The notes: generated by a model from the letters alone, not told the origin. A DNA stretch of 45,995 nucleotides from Patescibacteria group bacterium (GCA_028865095.1 JAGWLA010000005.1:1-45995), one strand, 5' to 3'; positions 10,584 through 20,172 are shown, counted from the first letter of the stretch. Program-made: numbers and translations.

Positions 10584-11267
10584 TTATTTCTTTGCCTCCG
10601 GGGCCTTCTTGGCGTCGGCGGCAGGGGCGGCTCCCTCTTCGCCTTCCTTGGCTTCTTTGCCCTTGGCCTCCACCTCTATGGCGGAGAGGTCAGGAGCGGC
10701 AGCGGCTTCAACCGGCTCGTCCTTGATCTCGGCGATGGACGCGACCACTTCATCGGGGCCGATCTTGAGCTCGACGCCGGCGGGAAGAGCGAGGTCCTTC
10801 GCATGGACGGTATCGGTCAGGAGGGCGAGCTTAGATATATCTACGGACAGCTCGTGAGGAAGATCGCGGGGAGCGGCCTCGATCTTGATGGTGCGGAGCA
10901 CTTTGACGAGGATGCCGCCCAGATCCTTGACGGCAGGGGCGACCCCGACGAAAGCGAGCGGGATGTCGACTTCGACTTTCTTGCCCTTCTCGATGACATA
11001 GAAATCGGCATGGCGAGGGACCCCTGATATCGGATGGACGTCGATATCGTGGATGAGCGCCTCATGCTCGGTGCCCTTTTCGTCCTTAAGGATGATGACG
11101 GACGATTCGCCCGCCTTCTTCCAGACCTTGGCGAATTCTTTGGCATTCACAGAAATAGAGGCCGCCTTCTCTTTAGGGCCGTAAAAAACAGCCGGCATCG
11201 AGCCTTCGGCTCGTATCGCGTCGAGCTTCGAAGCCTCCGGACGGGCCTTGTAGGTAAGATTCATCAT
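10584..11267 (-). CDS. rplY: 50S ribosomal protein L25/general stress protein Ctc
   Basis: MPAVFYG, HPISGVPRHADFY, VGVAPAVKDLGG and acidic tail. Confidence 0.95.
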   Translation of the reverse strand: MMNLTYKARPEASKLDAIRAEGSMPAVFYGPKEKAASISVNAKEFAKVWKKAGESSVIILKDEKGTEHEALIHDIDVHPISGVPRHADFYVIEKGKKVEVDIPLAFVGVAPAVKDLGGILVKVLRTIKIEAAPRDLPHELSVDISKLALLTDTVHAKDLALPAGVELKIGPDEVVASIAEIKDEPVEAAAAPDLSAIEVEAKGKEAKEGEEGAAPAADAKKAPEAKK

Positions 11268-11344
11268 GAGGGCATATCATAGCAGAGGGCCCCATTGAAA
11301 TCAAGCTCTGAGGCCTTACCAGAGCCCTCCTGCTCCTTTCGAGG

Positions 11345-12274
11345 CTATCTGACGGCTATGCCGTGCGCCGGAGCGGTTTCGGCATACATATCGTTGATCT
11401 GGGCCGCAGATAGGACCTGGTCGTATATGCGGAAATCATCGATGTAGCCGTCATACACGGGCCCATAGGCCACATCATGGCACATAGTCGGCGCCGTCGG
11501 GGAGTCGGAGAACGGGATCGGGTATCCGGGGTCCGAGCCGACCAGTTGCCCATCTACATAGAGCGTCACAGTGAACGGCGCTACGCCTGCATTCCCGTTA
11601 TTCATCGTCCATGTGACCTGATGCCACTGGTTATCGTATATGGTCTTGTCTATGAAGAAATGGTGGCCGACATAGAAATCAAGGACGCCGGAGGCATTGT
11701 TGAGAAGCCCATCATAGGAGCCGTTGTTCGTATTGGTGTGGGCATAATCTTGGCCAATGGCTAAACTGCCGGGAAAAGAGTTCCGGTTGCTGAAAATGTA
11801 TGTCGCCCCTTGATCGCTGGTCCTGGTCCAGTATGAGAATGTGATAGGAGGCTTCAGCCCGAGAGGCCCCGAGAAGGGGATCCCGCCAGCTGGAGAAGCG
11901 TTGCAATTCAATGAATATCCGCTTCCCGACGGCGCATCCCCAAGATTCGACCACGCGCCTGTCATCGGGGTCGCTGCCGTACCGATGGTGACGCTGCTGC
12001 CGAAATCATCTTTGGCGGAGATGTTGCCGGTCCCTTCGTTGAAAGAGAAGGAATATTGTTTCGAACCCGGCGTCGCATCATAGAGCGCCGTTTTCGTGTG
12101 ATCAGCGAACTGCATCCCCGCTCCGATGCGGCCCTTGGTGCGCGCGCCCTGCAGAGCCACGAGGATGACGCTCGCCAGCATGCCGATGATGGATATGACC
12201 ACCAGAAGCTCGATGAGGGTGAAGCCCCTGGAAGAGCGAGGTGCGGAACGGTCGTTATGGCGGGAGTGCTTCAT
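11345..12274 (-). CDS. Type IV prepilin-like protein with C-terminal LamG domain
   Basis: RG|FTLIELLVVISIIGMLASVILVAL cleavage/methylation motif; LamG motifs FSFNEGTG, DNQWHQVTWT, LYVDG and GYIDDFRIYDQVLS. Confidence 0.9.
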   Translation of the reverse strand: MKHSRHNDRSAPRSSRGFTLIELLVVISIIGMLASVILVALQGARTKGRIGAGMQFADHTKTALYDATPGSKQYSFSFNEGTGNISAKDDFGSSVTIGTAATPMTGAWSNLGDAPSGSGYSLNCNASPAGGIPFSGPLGLKPPITFSYWTRTSDQGATYIFSNRNSFPGSLAIGQDYAHTNTNNGSYDGLLNNASGVLDFYVGHHFFIDKTIYDNQWHQVTWTMNNGNAGVAPFTVTLYVDGQLVGSDPGYPIPFSDSPTAPTMCHDVAYGPVYDGYIDDFRIYDQVLSAAQINDMYAETAPAHGIAVR

Positions 12275-12284
12275 GATGGCGATG

Positions 12285-12404
12285 CTATTGCTGCATAAAA
12301 TATCTGAATATGACATACGTCACGATCGCATTGGCTGCGATGGTCGCGGCGAAGACCAGATAGACCGAGAGCGGGAGCCGGGCCGGATAGAGCTTCATCT
12401 TCAT
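12285..12404 (-). CDS. Small single-pass membrane protein (39 aa), below the ORF-track cutoff
   Basis: Hand translation MKMKLYPARLPLSVYLVFAATIAANAIVTYVIFRYFMQQ*; starts 4 nt after the upstream stop and fills the intergenic gap. Confidence 0.6.
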   Translation of the reverse strand: MKMKLYPARLPLSVYLVFAATIAANAIVTYVIFRYFMQQ

Positions 12405-12408
12405 AGGT

Positions 12409-12654
12409 TTATAGCAAGAAGAATTTGATGACCACGAACATGATGATAATGTTGACGATCACCACCCCGATGAGGATGCCCTGGGCGGCGCGCGAAGACT
12501 TGGCCAGCCCGTGGGCCTTCAGCCAGCGCACCATGCCGGGCTCGGCGCCGGCCGGGCCGGCGCTATAGCCGCCGCTCGGCATCTGTATGCCTCCCGGCCT
12601 TCCGACTCCTCCATACGCCGCTTTATCTTCGTCGAATTCGACTCCTGAAGCCAT
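12409..12654 (-). CDS. Small membrane protein with C-terminal TM helix
   Basis: 81 aa, Gly-rich N-terminus, MVRWLKAHGLAKS amphipathic segment and hydrophobic C-terminus; 3 nt after the fba stop. Confidence 0.7.
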   Translation of the reverse strand: MASGVEFDEDKAAYGGVGRPGGIQMPSGGYSAGPAGAEPGMVRWLKAHGLAKSSRAAQGILIGVVIVNIIIMFVVIKFFLL

Positions 12655-12657
12655 ACG

Positions 12658-13533
12658 TCAGCTATTATAGAATATATCGAGCTTGTCTTCCACGACCTTT
12701 TGCATGGCGAGCTTGGCCGGCTTCATGTACTTATACGGGGCGACCTGGTCCGGGTCCTCCGAAAGGGCTTTGACCAATCCTGAGCGGTATGCCAGCCGGA
12801 GCTCCGTATTGACGTGGACGAGCGCCACTCCGGCGTCGATGCACTTCCTGATGTCGTCGGCGGTATTGCCGGACGCTCCATGAAGGACCAAGGGGACGCC
12901 GACGGCGCCGGATATCTCTTTGACCCGCGTGGGATTGAGAGCGGGGTCGCCTCCCTTGACCACCCCGTGGATGTTGCCGACCGCGGGCGCCAGCATGTCC
13001 ACGCCCGTCTCGCGGACGAAGCGCATGGCGTCCTCCGGCTTGGTCATGTTCGCCTCCCCCACCACGGCCCCCGCCGGTATGGCGTCGAGGACCTTCGACG
13101 ACGTGCCGATGAAGCCGAGCTCGCCTTCGACCAGGATGTCCCGGCCGGCGGATGAGGCTGCGGCCTTGGCATACCGGACGCACTGCGCCGCGATCTTGAT
13201 GTTCTCGTCGAGCGGGAGCTGGGCGCCGTCGAATATGACGCTGTCGAACCCCGCGTCGATCGCTTCTTTGACCCTGTCGAACGAGTAGGTATGGTCGGCG
13301 TTCAGGTATATCTCCTGGCCGCGCCCTTCGCGGATGCTCTTGACCACGGCCGCGATCTCCCCGACGCCGAAATAATCCCTTTCGCCCTCCGACACGCCGA
13401 TGACCACTGGCACGCTCTTGGCATGAGCGGCGTCGGCGACGGCCCATACGCCGTCGATGGTCGATATATTGAAATGCCCTACTGCCCTTCCGGCGGATCG
13501 CGCGTCTTCGATGCACTGACGCAAAGTCTTCAT
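12658..13533 (-). CDS. fba: Class II fructose-bisphosphate aldolase family
   Basis: AVGHFNI, NADH (HxDH-like), GFDSVIFDG, VEGELG, GNIHG, PLVLHGASG and VNTELR motifs; start MKTLRQ. Confidence 0.92.
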   Translation of the reverse strand: MKTLRQCIEDARSAGRAVGHFNISTIDGVWAVADAAHAKSVPVVIGVSEGERDYFGVGEIAAVVKSIREGRGQEIYLNADHTYSFDRVKEAIDAGFDSVIFDGAQLPLDENIKIAAQCVRYAKAAASSAGRDILVEGELGFIGTSSKVLDAIPAGAVVGEANMTKPEDAMRFVRETGVDMLAPAVGNIHGVVKGGDPALNPTRVKEISGAVGVPLVLHGASGNTADDIRKCIDAGVALVHVNTELRLAYRSGLVKALSEDPDQVAPYKYMKPAKLAMQKVVEDKLDIFYNS

Positions 13534-13569
13534 TGGCCCATTGTAGCACAATGCTATATAATCGATGCA

Positions 13570-14619
13570 ATGCTCACGAAGAAGATCGATTTCCTGGCGA
13601 TAGGCGACACGGTGACGGACGCCTTCATCCGCCTGAAAGAAGCGCACGTCAACTGCAAGGTCAACACCGAGGACTGCGAGATCTGCCTTCCGTTCGGCGA
13701 CAAGATCCCGTTCGAATACGTGAAAGTGATCAAGGCCGTCGGCAACAGCGCCAACGCCGCGGTGGCGGCCGCCCGGCTCGGGCTCTCGACGGCGCTGGTC
13801 ACCGACCTGGGCGACGACCAGAACGGCAAGGACTGCCTGGCGGAGCTGCACAAGAACGGCGTGGCCACGACATACGTCACCAGCCATAAGGACAAGCTCA
13901 CCAACTATCACTTCGTCCTCTGGTACGAGGCCGATCGGACGATCCTGGTCAAGCATGTCGAATACGACTATCGTCTGCCCCGCTTCCCGGCCCCGAAATG
14001 GATATACCTCTCGTCGCTCGCCGACAACACGTTCCCGTACCATATGGCGCTCGCCGACTATCTCGAAGCCCACCCGGAGGTCAAGCTCGCGTTCCAGCCC
14101 GGGACGTTCCAGATGCAGCTCGGCACGGAGGAGCTCAAGCGCATATATGCGCGCACCGACCTCTTCGTGGTCAACGTCGAGGAAGCCCAGCGGATACTGA
14201 AGATCGGCCTCGACGCGCCCGGCGGCCGCGACCCGATCATGCTCATGAAGAAGCTGGCCGCCCTCGGCCCGAAGATGGTGGCGGTCACCGACAGCACGAA
14301 CGGCGCCTATTTCTACGACGGCGAGCGCTCCTATAGCGTCCCCATGTATCCCGATCCGCGGCCGGCATTCGACCGGACAGGCTGCGGGGACGCGTGGGCC
14401 TCGACATTCGTCGCGGCCATGGCCATGGGCAAGCCGCCGCTCGAGGCCCTCATATGGGCTCCCGTCAACCCGATGTCGGTAGCGCAGTTCGTCGGCGCCC
14501 AAGAAGGCCTGCTCGAGCGCGACCAGCTCGAATGGTGGCTCGAGCGCGCCCCGGCCGACTTCAAGGTCAAAGAGATCTTAGCAGCTCCTTCTTCAGCTCC
14601 GGGAACGTCCCCTCGATGA
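13570..14619 (+). CDS. PfkB/ribokinase-family carbohydrate kinase
   Basis: GNSANAAVAAARLG, NVEEA and DRTGCGDAW (PfkB signature); divergent from fba; 3' end overlaps tgt by 53 bp. Confidence 0.9.
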   Translation: MLTKKIDFLAIGDTVTDAFIRLKEAHVNCKVNTEDCEICLPFGDKIPFEYVKVIKAVGNSANAAVAAARLGLSTALVTDLGDDQNGKDCLAELHKNGVATTYVTSHKDKLTNYHFVLWYEADRTILVKHVEYDYRLPRFPAPKWIYLSSLADNTFPYHMALADYLEAHPEVKLAFQPGTFQMQLGTEELKRIYARTDLFVVNVEEAQRILKIGLDAPGGRDPIMLMKKLAALGPKMVAVTDSTNGAYFYDGERSYSVPMYPDPRPAFDRTGCGDAWASTFVAAMAMGKPPLEALIWAPVNPMSVAQFVGAQEGLLERDQLEWWLERAPADFKVKEILAAPSSAPGTSPR

Positions 14620-15805
14620 TCGCCCGGCGGAGGCGCGCCACGAGCCCGACCAGGAAATGGAGGTTGTGGATCGAGAGCAAGGTCGCGCCGAACATCTCCT
14701 TGGCGCGGAAGAGGTGCGATATATAGGCGCGGGAATAGCCCGCGCACGCGGGACATGCGCACGCCGGGTCGAGCGGCCCGAAGTCCGCGCCGAAGCGGGC
14801 GTTCAAGATGTTGACCCGGCCTTCGCCGGTGTAGGCGGTGCCGTTCCGGGCCATCCGGGTCGGGGCGACGCAATCGAAGGTGTCCGCCCCGTTCTCCACG
14901 CCGAGGACGAGGTCGGCCGGCTCGCCGATGCCCAAGAGGTGGCGGGGCTTCCCTTCCGGCAGCTCGTCGCACACCCAGCCGACGGCGGTGGCCATGTCGG
15001 CCTTCTCGAACGTCCCGCCGATGCCGAAGCCGTCGAACCTCGTCCCATCGGCCAGCTCCAATGACCCGACGGCCCGGGCGCTCTCCCGGCGCAGGTCCTC
15101 ATGCCTCCCTCCCTGGACGATGCCGAAGAGGGCTTGCTCGCCACCGAGCCGGCGGTGCTCCGCCAGGCAGCGCTCGGCCCAGGCCGTCGTGCGCCTGACC
15201 GCCCGGGCCTGCTCCGCATGCGGCGCGTCGGGCGGCGCGCATTCGTCGAGGACGAACATGATGTCCGCGCCGATGGCGTGCTGGATGGCGACCGATGTCT
15301 CCGGCGTGAAGCGGTGCGCCGACCCGTCGATGACCGACTTGAAGGCCACGCCGTCGTCGTCGACTTTCGCAAGCGCCTCTTCCCCGCCCCTCCCCGCCTC
15401 GCGGGCGGCTTTCGCGCCCCCGGCTCCGGCGCTGCCTGCACCCGCGGCCGCGGGGGCCGCGCCGAACTTGTTCGCCCGCCGCTCCTTCATGCCTCCTTGG
15501 AGGGAGAACGCCTGGAAGCCGCCCGAGTCGGTGAAGGTCGGGCCGTCCCATCCCATGAACTTCCCGAGGCCTCCCGCCTCCCGGACGATGTCCGGGCCCG
15601 GCTGGAGGTAGAGATGGTAGGTGTTGGCGAGGACGGCCTGCGCCCCGACGCCGCTCTTGACCTGCTCGGGCGAGAGGGCCTTGACCGTCGCCTTGGTGCC
15701 GACCGGGATGAAGGCCGGCGTCTCGATGGCGCCGTGCGGAGTGACGATGCGCCCGGCGCGGCCGCGGCCGTTCGGGAGGCGCTTCTCGACGTCGAATGTC
15801 AGCAT
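14567..15805 (-). CDS. tgt: tRNA-guanine transglycosylase
   Basis: TPAFIPVGTKATVK, ANTYHLYLQPG, FTDSGGFQ, LDEC, FGIVQGG, PRHLLGIG, DCVAPTRMARNG and CACPAC...HN zinc site. Confidence 0.96.
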   Translation of the reverse strand: MLTFDVEKRLPNGRGRAGRIVTPHGAIETPAFIPVGTKATVKALSPEQVKSGVGAQAVLANTYHLYLQPGPDIVREAGGLGKFMGWDGPTFTDSGGFQAFSLQGGMKERRANKFGAAPAAAGAGSAGAGGAKAAREAGRGGEEALAKVDDDGVAFKSVIDGSAHRFTPETSVAIQHAIGADIMFVLDECAPPDAPHAEQARAVRRTTAWAERCLAEHRRLGGEQALFGIVQGGRHEDLRRESARAVGSLELADGTRFDGFGIGGTFEKADMATAVGWVCDELPEGKPRHLLGIGEPADLVLGVENGADTFDCVAPTRMARNGTAYTGEGRVNILNARFGADFGPLDPACACPACAGYSRAYISHLFRAKEMFGATLLSIHNLHFLVGLVARLRRAIIEGTFPELKKELLRSL

Positions 15806-15865
15806 CGCTCTAGGATATGCGAAGCGGGCGCGGCAATCAAGGAGCGGTTCTGCTATAATGCGCCC

Positions 15866-16570
15866 ATGACGAACGGCGAAGACCGGCAGGACCCGCTCCC
15901 CCTCACCCGGAAGGATATCCACGAGCACGCCATCGAGGAGCACCTCGAGCGCATCAACCGCGAGTTCCGCCGCGGCTTCGAGTTCCTGGAGAAGTACCCT
16001 CGCTCGGTGAGCATATTCGGCTCGTCCATGGCCTCTCGGGACAGCGAGCACTACCGGAACGCGTACGAGCTCGCCAAGCGCATCGTCGCCGAGACGGGCT
16101 ATGCGGTCATCAGCGGCGGCGGCCCGGGGATCATGGAGGCCGCCAACAAGGGCGCTTTCGAGGCCGGCGGCCCGTCCATCGGACTGCGCATCAACCTGGT
16201 GCGCGAGCGCATCGCCAATCCCTACGAGACCGACGGGCTCGACTTCACTTATTTCTTCGCCCGGAAGACCATGCTCACCTTCGCCGCGGAGGCCTACATC
16301 TTCTGCCCCGGCGGCTTCGGGACGTTCGACGAGCTCTTCAGCATCCTCACCCTCATCCAGACGAACAAGATCCCGCGGGTGCCGATCCTGCTCTTCGGCG
16401 CAGGCTTCTGGGCGCCGATGAAGGGGTTCATCGAGAAAGTCATGTACGAGGGATATCATGCCATCGACCATCCGGACATGGGGCTGTTCGAGATCACGGA
16501 CTCGGCCGACCATATCGTCGAGACGATCAAGAGCGCCCCGACGTCCGACTGGTGGAGGAACATCAACTAG
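15866..16570 (+). CDS. LOG-family (TIGR00730) nucleotide monophosphate phosphoribohydrolase
   Basis: VSIFGSS, SGGGPGIMEAANKGA, YFFARK and PGGFGTFDE motifs. Confidence 0.92.
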   Translation: MTNGEDRQDPLPLTRKDIHEHAIEEHLERINREFRRGFEFLEKYPRSVSIFGSSMASRDSEHYRNAYELAKRIVAETGYAVISGGGPGIMEAANKGAFEAGGPSIGLRINLVRERIANPYETDGLDFTYFFARKTMLTFAAEAYIFCPGGFGTFDELFSILTLIQTNKIPRVPILLFGAGFWAPMKGFIEKVMYEGYHAIDHPDMGLFEITDSADHIVETIKSAPTSDWWRNIN

Positions 16571-16572
16571 CA

Positions 16573-16598
16573 GAAAGCCCGCCATATGGCGGGCTTTC
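16573..16598. terminator. Hairpin terminator between convergent LOG and RRM genes
   Basis: gaaagcccgcca-ta-tggcgggctttc perfect inverted repeat. Confidence 0.7.
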
Positions 16599-16621
16599 CT
16601 TCGCGAGGCCGGAAGCGGCGA

Positions 16622-16876
16622 TTACTGCTGCTTCGGACGGGCCTCCGAGACGACGATCTTGCGGCCGTCGAGCTCGGAGCCGTTCAGCTTCTCGATCGCC
16701 GCAGACGCATCAGCGTCATTGGCCATCTCGACGAAGCCGAAGCCCTTGGAGCGGCCGGACATCTTGTCCATGATGACCGCAGCGGACTCGACCGCGCCGA
16801 CCTGCTCGAAGTGAGCTTTGAGGCCGTCATCGGTCGTGGTCCAGGCTATGCTGCCCACGAAAAGTCTCTTTGACAT
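16622..16876 (-). CDS. Single-RRM RNA-binding protein
   Basis: RNP2 LFVGSI, RNP1 KGFGFVEM and LNGSELDGRKIVVSEARP. Confidence 0.95.
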   Translation of the reverse strand: MSKRLFVGSIAWTTTDDGLKAHFEQVGAVESAAVIMDKMSGRSKGFGFVEMANDADASAAIEKLNGSELDGRKIVVSEARPKQQ

Positions 16877-17075
16877 TTCTTTATTCCCGCACACTACGTT
16901 CTAGAAAAACGCGTTAGCGGATCTCTCGTTCACTATGCTAACGCGTACGGACGAGATACGTACACACGGGCATCATAGCACGGAAGGCCCCGTTATGCAA
17001 GCCAGACATCGCCAAAGAGATATTGTCAAGGAAGCGGCGCTTGTATCGCCCCGCCGTACCTAGTAGACTACCCAT

Positions 17076-18566
17076 ATGGAACATACGCCCGCCCGGCTCA
17101 TCCCCACCATCGGCCTGGAGATCCACGCCGAGCTCAAGACCGCCTCGAAGATGTTCTGCCCGTGCAAGAACGACCCCGACGAAGAGCGGCCGAACGCCAA
17201 CGTCTGCCCGATCTGCCTCGGCCACCCCGGGACCCTCCCTGTCCTGAACCGCGCGGCGATCGAGCGCGTCCTCTCGATCGGCGCCGCCGTCGGCGGGACG
17301 CTCGCCGATTTCACCGAATGGGACCGCAAGAACTATTTCTATCCCGACATCCCCAAAGGGTATCAGATCAGCCAGTACAAGCATCCCCTGGTCTCCGGAG
17401 GCTCTCTCGCAGGCATCGGGCTCGAGCGCATCCACCTCGAAGAAGACACCGCCCGTTCCACTCACGACCAGCACCAGAAGAGCCTCATCGACTTCAACCG
17501 CTCCGGCGTGCCGCTCATGGAGCTCGTGACCGCGCCCGCCATCCACGACGCCGCGACGGCCGTCAGGTTCGCCAAGGAGCTCCAGCTCCTTCTCCGCTAC
17601 CTCGGGGCCGGCGAAGCTAACCTCGAGAAGGGCGAGATGCGCGTCGAAGCCAACGTCTCGGTGGCCACCCCCGAAGACACCGCCGCCGGCAGGCTCGGCG
17701 TGAAGACCGAAGTGAAGAACCTCAACTCGTTCCGGGCCGTCGAGGGAGCCATCGCCTACGAGATCCAACGCCAGTCCGCCATCCTGGAGAAGAACGCCGC
17801 CGGCGACGCGAGCGAGAAAGTCGTCCAGGAGACGCGCGGCTGGGACGACAAGGCCAACGAGACCTATTCCCAGCGCTCCAAGGAGAGCTCCCACGACTAT
17901 CGCTATTTCCCCGACCCCGACATCCCCAAGATGAAGCTGTCGGAGATGCCCGGGCTCTCCGGGCCCGCCATCGCCGCCGCCCTGCCCGAGCTGCCCTGGG
18001 CCAAGCGCGAGCGCCTCGCCCGCGACTACGCCATGACCGAGAAGGAGGCGGCGGTGTTCGTCGACGACGACAAGAACGTGCTGGCCCCGTATCTCGAAGC
18101 CGTCGCCGCCGCCCTGCCGAAAAGAAGCCCGTCGTCCGTCAGGCTGGCGATCAACTATTTCCTCACCGACTACCTCGGCCTCCTGAAGAAGGCGCTCGGC
18201 GCCGCATGGATGCCGTCGCTGCGGACGGCGGTGGCGCCGGGGCCCTTCGCGGAGCTGATCGGCATGATCGACGCGGGCGAGGTCAATTCCCGCGCCGCTA
18301 AGGACATCCTGGCCCTCATGGTCGCCGAGCCGGGCGCCGCCCCTCGGGCGCTCGCCGAGAAGCACGGCCTCCTCCAGAAGAGCGACGCCGCTTCGCTCGA
18401 GCCGGCCATCGACAAGGTCATATCCGAGAACGCCAAAGCGGTCTCCGAATACAAAGCCGGCAAGGCCGCTTCCCTGCAGTTCCTCATCGGCATGGCCATG
18501 AAAGCGACGAAAGGCGCCGGGAATCCCGCCGCCGTCAAGGACATGCTCGTGAAGAAGCTCTCTTAA
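17076..18566 (+). CDS. gatB: Asp-tRNA(Asn)/Glu-tRNA(Gln) amidotransferase subunit B
   Basis: IGLEIHAEL, CPICLGHPGTLP, RKNYFYPDIPKGYQISQ, HLEED, EVKNLNSF and DYRYFPDPD motifs. Confidence 0.98.
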   Translation: MEHTPARLIPTIGLEIHAELKTASKMFCPCKNDPDEERPNANVCPICLGHPGTLPVLNRAAIERVLSIGAAVGGTLADFTEWDRKNYFYPDIPKGYQISQYKHPLVSGGSLAGIGLERIHLEEDTARSTHDQHQKSLIDFNRSGVPLMELVTAPAIHDAATAVRFAKELQLLLRYLGAGEANLEKGEMRVEANVSVATPEDTAAGRLGVKTEVKNLNSFRAVEGAIAYEIQRQSAILEKNAAGDASEKVVQETRGWDDKANETYSQRSKESSHDYRYFPDPDIPKMKLSEMPGLSGPAIAAALPELPWAKRERLARDYAMTEKEAAVFVDDDKNVLAPYLEAVAAALPKRSPSSVRLAINYFLTDYLGLLKKALGAAWMPSLRTAVAPGPFAELIGMIDAGEVNSRAAKDILALMVAEPGAAPRALAEKHGLLQKSDAASLEPAIDKVISENAKAVSEYKAGKAASLQFLIGMAMKATKGAGNPAAVKDMLVKKLS

Positions 18567-19540
18567 GGCCTGCGGGCCAGGCGCCGGGTCAGCTCGTCGC
18601 TCAGCGCCTTCATAGAATCGTCGTCGAGGACGGACGCTTCAAGGATGGCCGTGCCGTGCCCCTTGAGCGCTTCGCGGGCGGCGCTCCTCTTCGCGGCGTC
18701 GGCGAGGTCGGTCTTGGTGAGCAGGATCATCTCCTCCTTCTCGGCGAGGCCCTCGCCGTGCTTCTCCAGCTCGCGCCGCACTTCGCGGTAGGCTTTGGCC
18801 GGGTCTTCGTTCTCGAGCGACACCAGGTGGAGGAGCATCCGGGTGCGCTTCACGTGCTTCAGGAACTTATGGCCGAGGCCTTTGCCTTCCGAGGCCCCTT
18901 CGATGAGGCCCGGGATGTCGGCCAGGATATAGCCTCCGGGCAATGCCCCGAGGTTCGGGTCGAGCGTCGTGAAGGCATAGCTGCCGACTTTGGCGTTGGC
19001 ATGGGTGAGGGCGTTCAGAAGGCTCGACTTGCCGGCATTCGGCAGGCCGATGAGGCCGATGTCGGCGATCAGGTCCAGCTCGACCGTGAAATCGGCCTCT
19101 TCGCCGGGCAAGCCGGGCGTGGACTGCTCCGGGCGTATGTTGGTGGAAGCCTTGAAATGCTCGTTGCCGAGGCCTCCCCTGCCCCCATGCAGGATCTTCG
19201 AGATCTGGCCCTCTTCGACCAGCTCCACCGTGCGGCCGGTCGCCAGGTTCCGGATGACCGAGCCCATCGGGACGTCTATGAAGAGGTCGTCGCCGGCGCC
19301 TCCTTGCCGGGACCAATTGGCTCCCGACCGGCCGTCGCCCGCCCTGAATTCCTTGACCGCTTTGTGGCGGGCAAGGATGTTGATGTCGCGGACCGCCCGG
19401 GCATATACGTCGCCCCCGGCGCCGCCGTTGCCGCCGCCCGCGCCCGCGAACTCCTTGTTCTTCTCATGCCGCCAGCGCACGACGCCGTCCCCGCCTTTGC
19501 CGGCGCGGGCATGGAACATGATCTCGTCTACGAATGCCAT
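18563..19540 (-). CDS. obgE: GTPase Obg/CgtA (short form without C-terminal domain)
   Basis: FVDE, Gly-rich Obg domain, GLPNAGKSS, YAFTTLDP, DIPGLIEGA and TKTD motifs. Confidence 0.97.
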   Translation of the reverse strand: MAFVDEIMFHARAGKGGDGVVRWRHEKNKEFAGAGGGNGGAGGDVYARAVRDINILARHKAVKEFRAGDGRSGANWSRQGGAGDDLFIDVPMGSVIRNLATGRTVELVEEGQISKILHGGRGGLGNEHFKASTNIRPEQSTPGLPGEEADFTVELDLIADIGLIGLPNAGKSSLLNALTHANAKVGSYAFTTLDPNLGALPGGYILADIPGLIEGASEGKGLGHKFLKHVKRTRMLLHLVSLENEDPAKAYREVRRELEKHGEGLAEKEEMILLTKTDLADAAKRSAAREALKGHGTAILEASVLDDDSMKALSDELTRRLARRP

Positions 19541-19569
19541 GATCGGCTCATACTACACTATATCCGCGT

Positions 19570-20058
19570 TTACTCAACCTCCTCGATATGCTTCTCGAGG
19601 ATGACGGCCTGGCGCTCCGCGGTCGACGGCTGGTCGAAAAGGAACCGCGCCTTGAATTTCCTGCCCTTGAGGAAGAGCGGCATCCAGTAGGCGTCGTCGC
19701 TCCACATCTGGGAGAACGGTATCTCGTCGACCGGGAACCATCGCGGCTTCATCTCCTCGCTCTCGACGGGCTCGCCCGACCAGCCCACGGCCTTGAAGAG
19801 ATGGGTCTCGAGGATTTTCGGGTCGTCTTTGAATTCGAAATCGAGCACGCCGACCTCCTCGAGGCCCTCCGCCTCGATGCCGGCCTCTTCGCGCATCTCC
19901 CGGCGGGCGGCATCCTCGACGCTCTCGCCCGGCTCGACTTTGCCGCCGAAGCCGTTCCAGCGCCCGGCGCCGAAGCCGCGCTTCTTCATGCCGAGAAGGA
20001 CCCGCGGGTGGTCGTGGACGATGCAGAGCGTCAGGATCTTCTTGGTTTTCATATCCAT
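19570..20058 (-). CDS. NUDIX hydrolase, MTH1/8-oxo-dGTPase-like
   Basis: LLGMKKRGFGAGRWNGFGGKVEPGESVEDAARREMREEAG, ESEEM.P.WF and MWSDD motifs. Confidence 0.92.
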   Translation of the reverse strand: MDMKTKKILTLCIVHDHPRVLLGMKKRGFGAGRWNGFGGKVEPGESVEDAARREMREEAGIEAEGLEEVGVLDFEFKDDPKILETHLFKAVGWSGEPVESEEMKPRWFPVDEIPFSQMWSDDAYWMPLFLKGRKFKARFLFDQPSTAERQAVILEKHIEEVE

Positions 20059-20172
20059 ACGCCTATTATACTCCCTGATCCCGCGCCAGGAAGAGGGCCT
20101 CCCCGGCTTCGGCAGGCTGAACATTTCCTTGCGATCGCAAGATTATTTTTAATGCCGCGCAGTCAATTTAAT

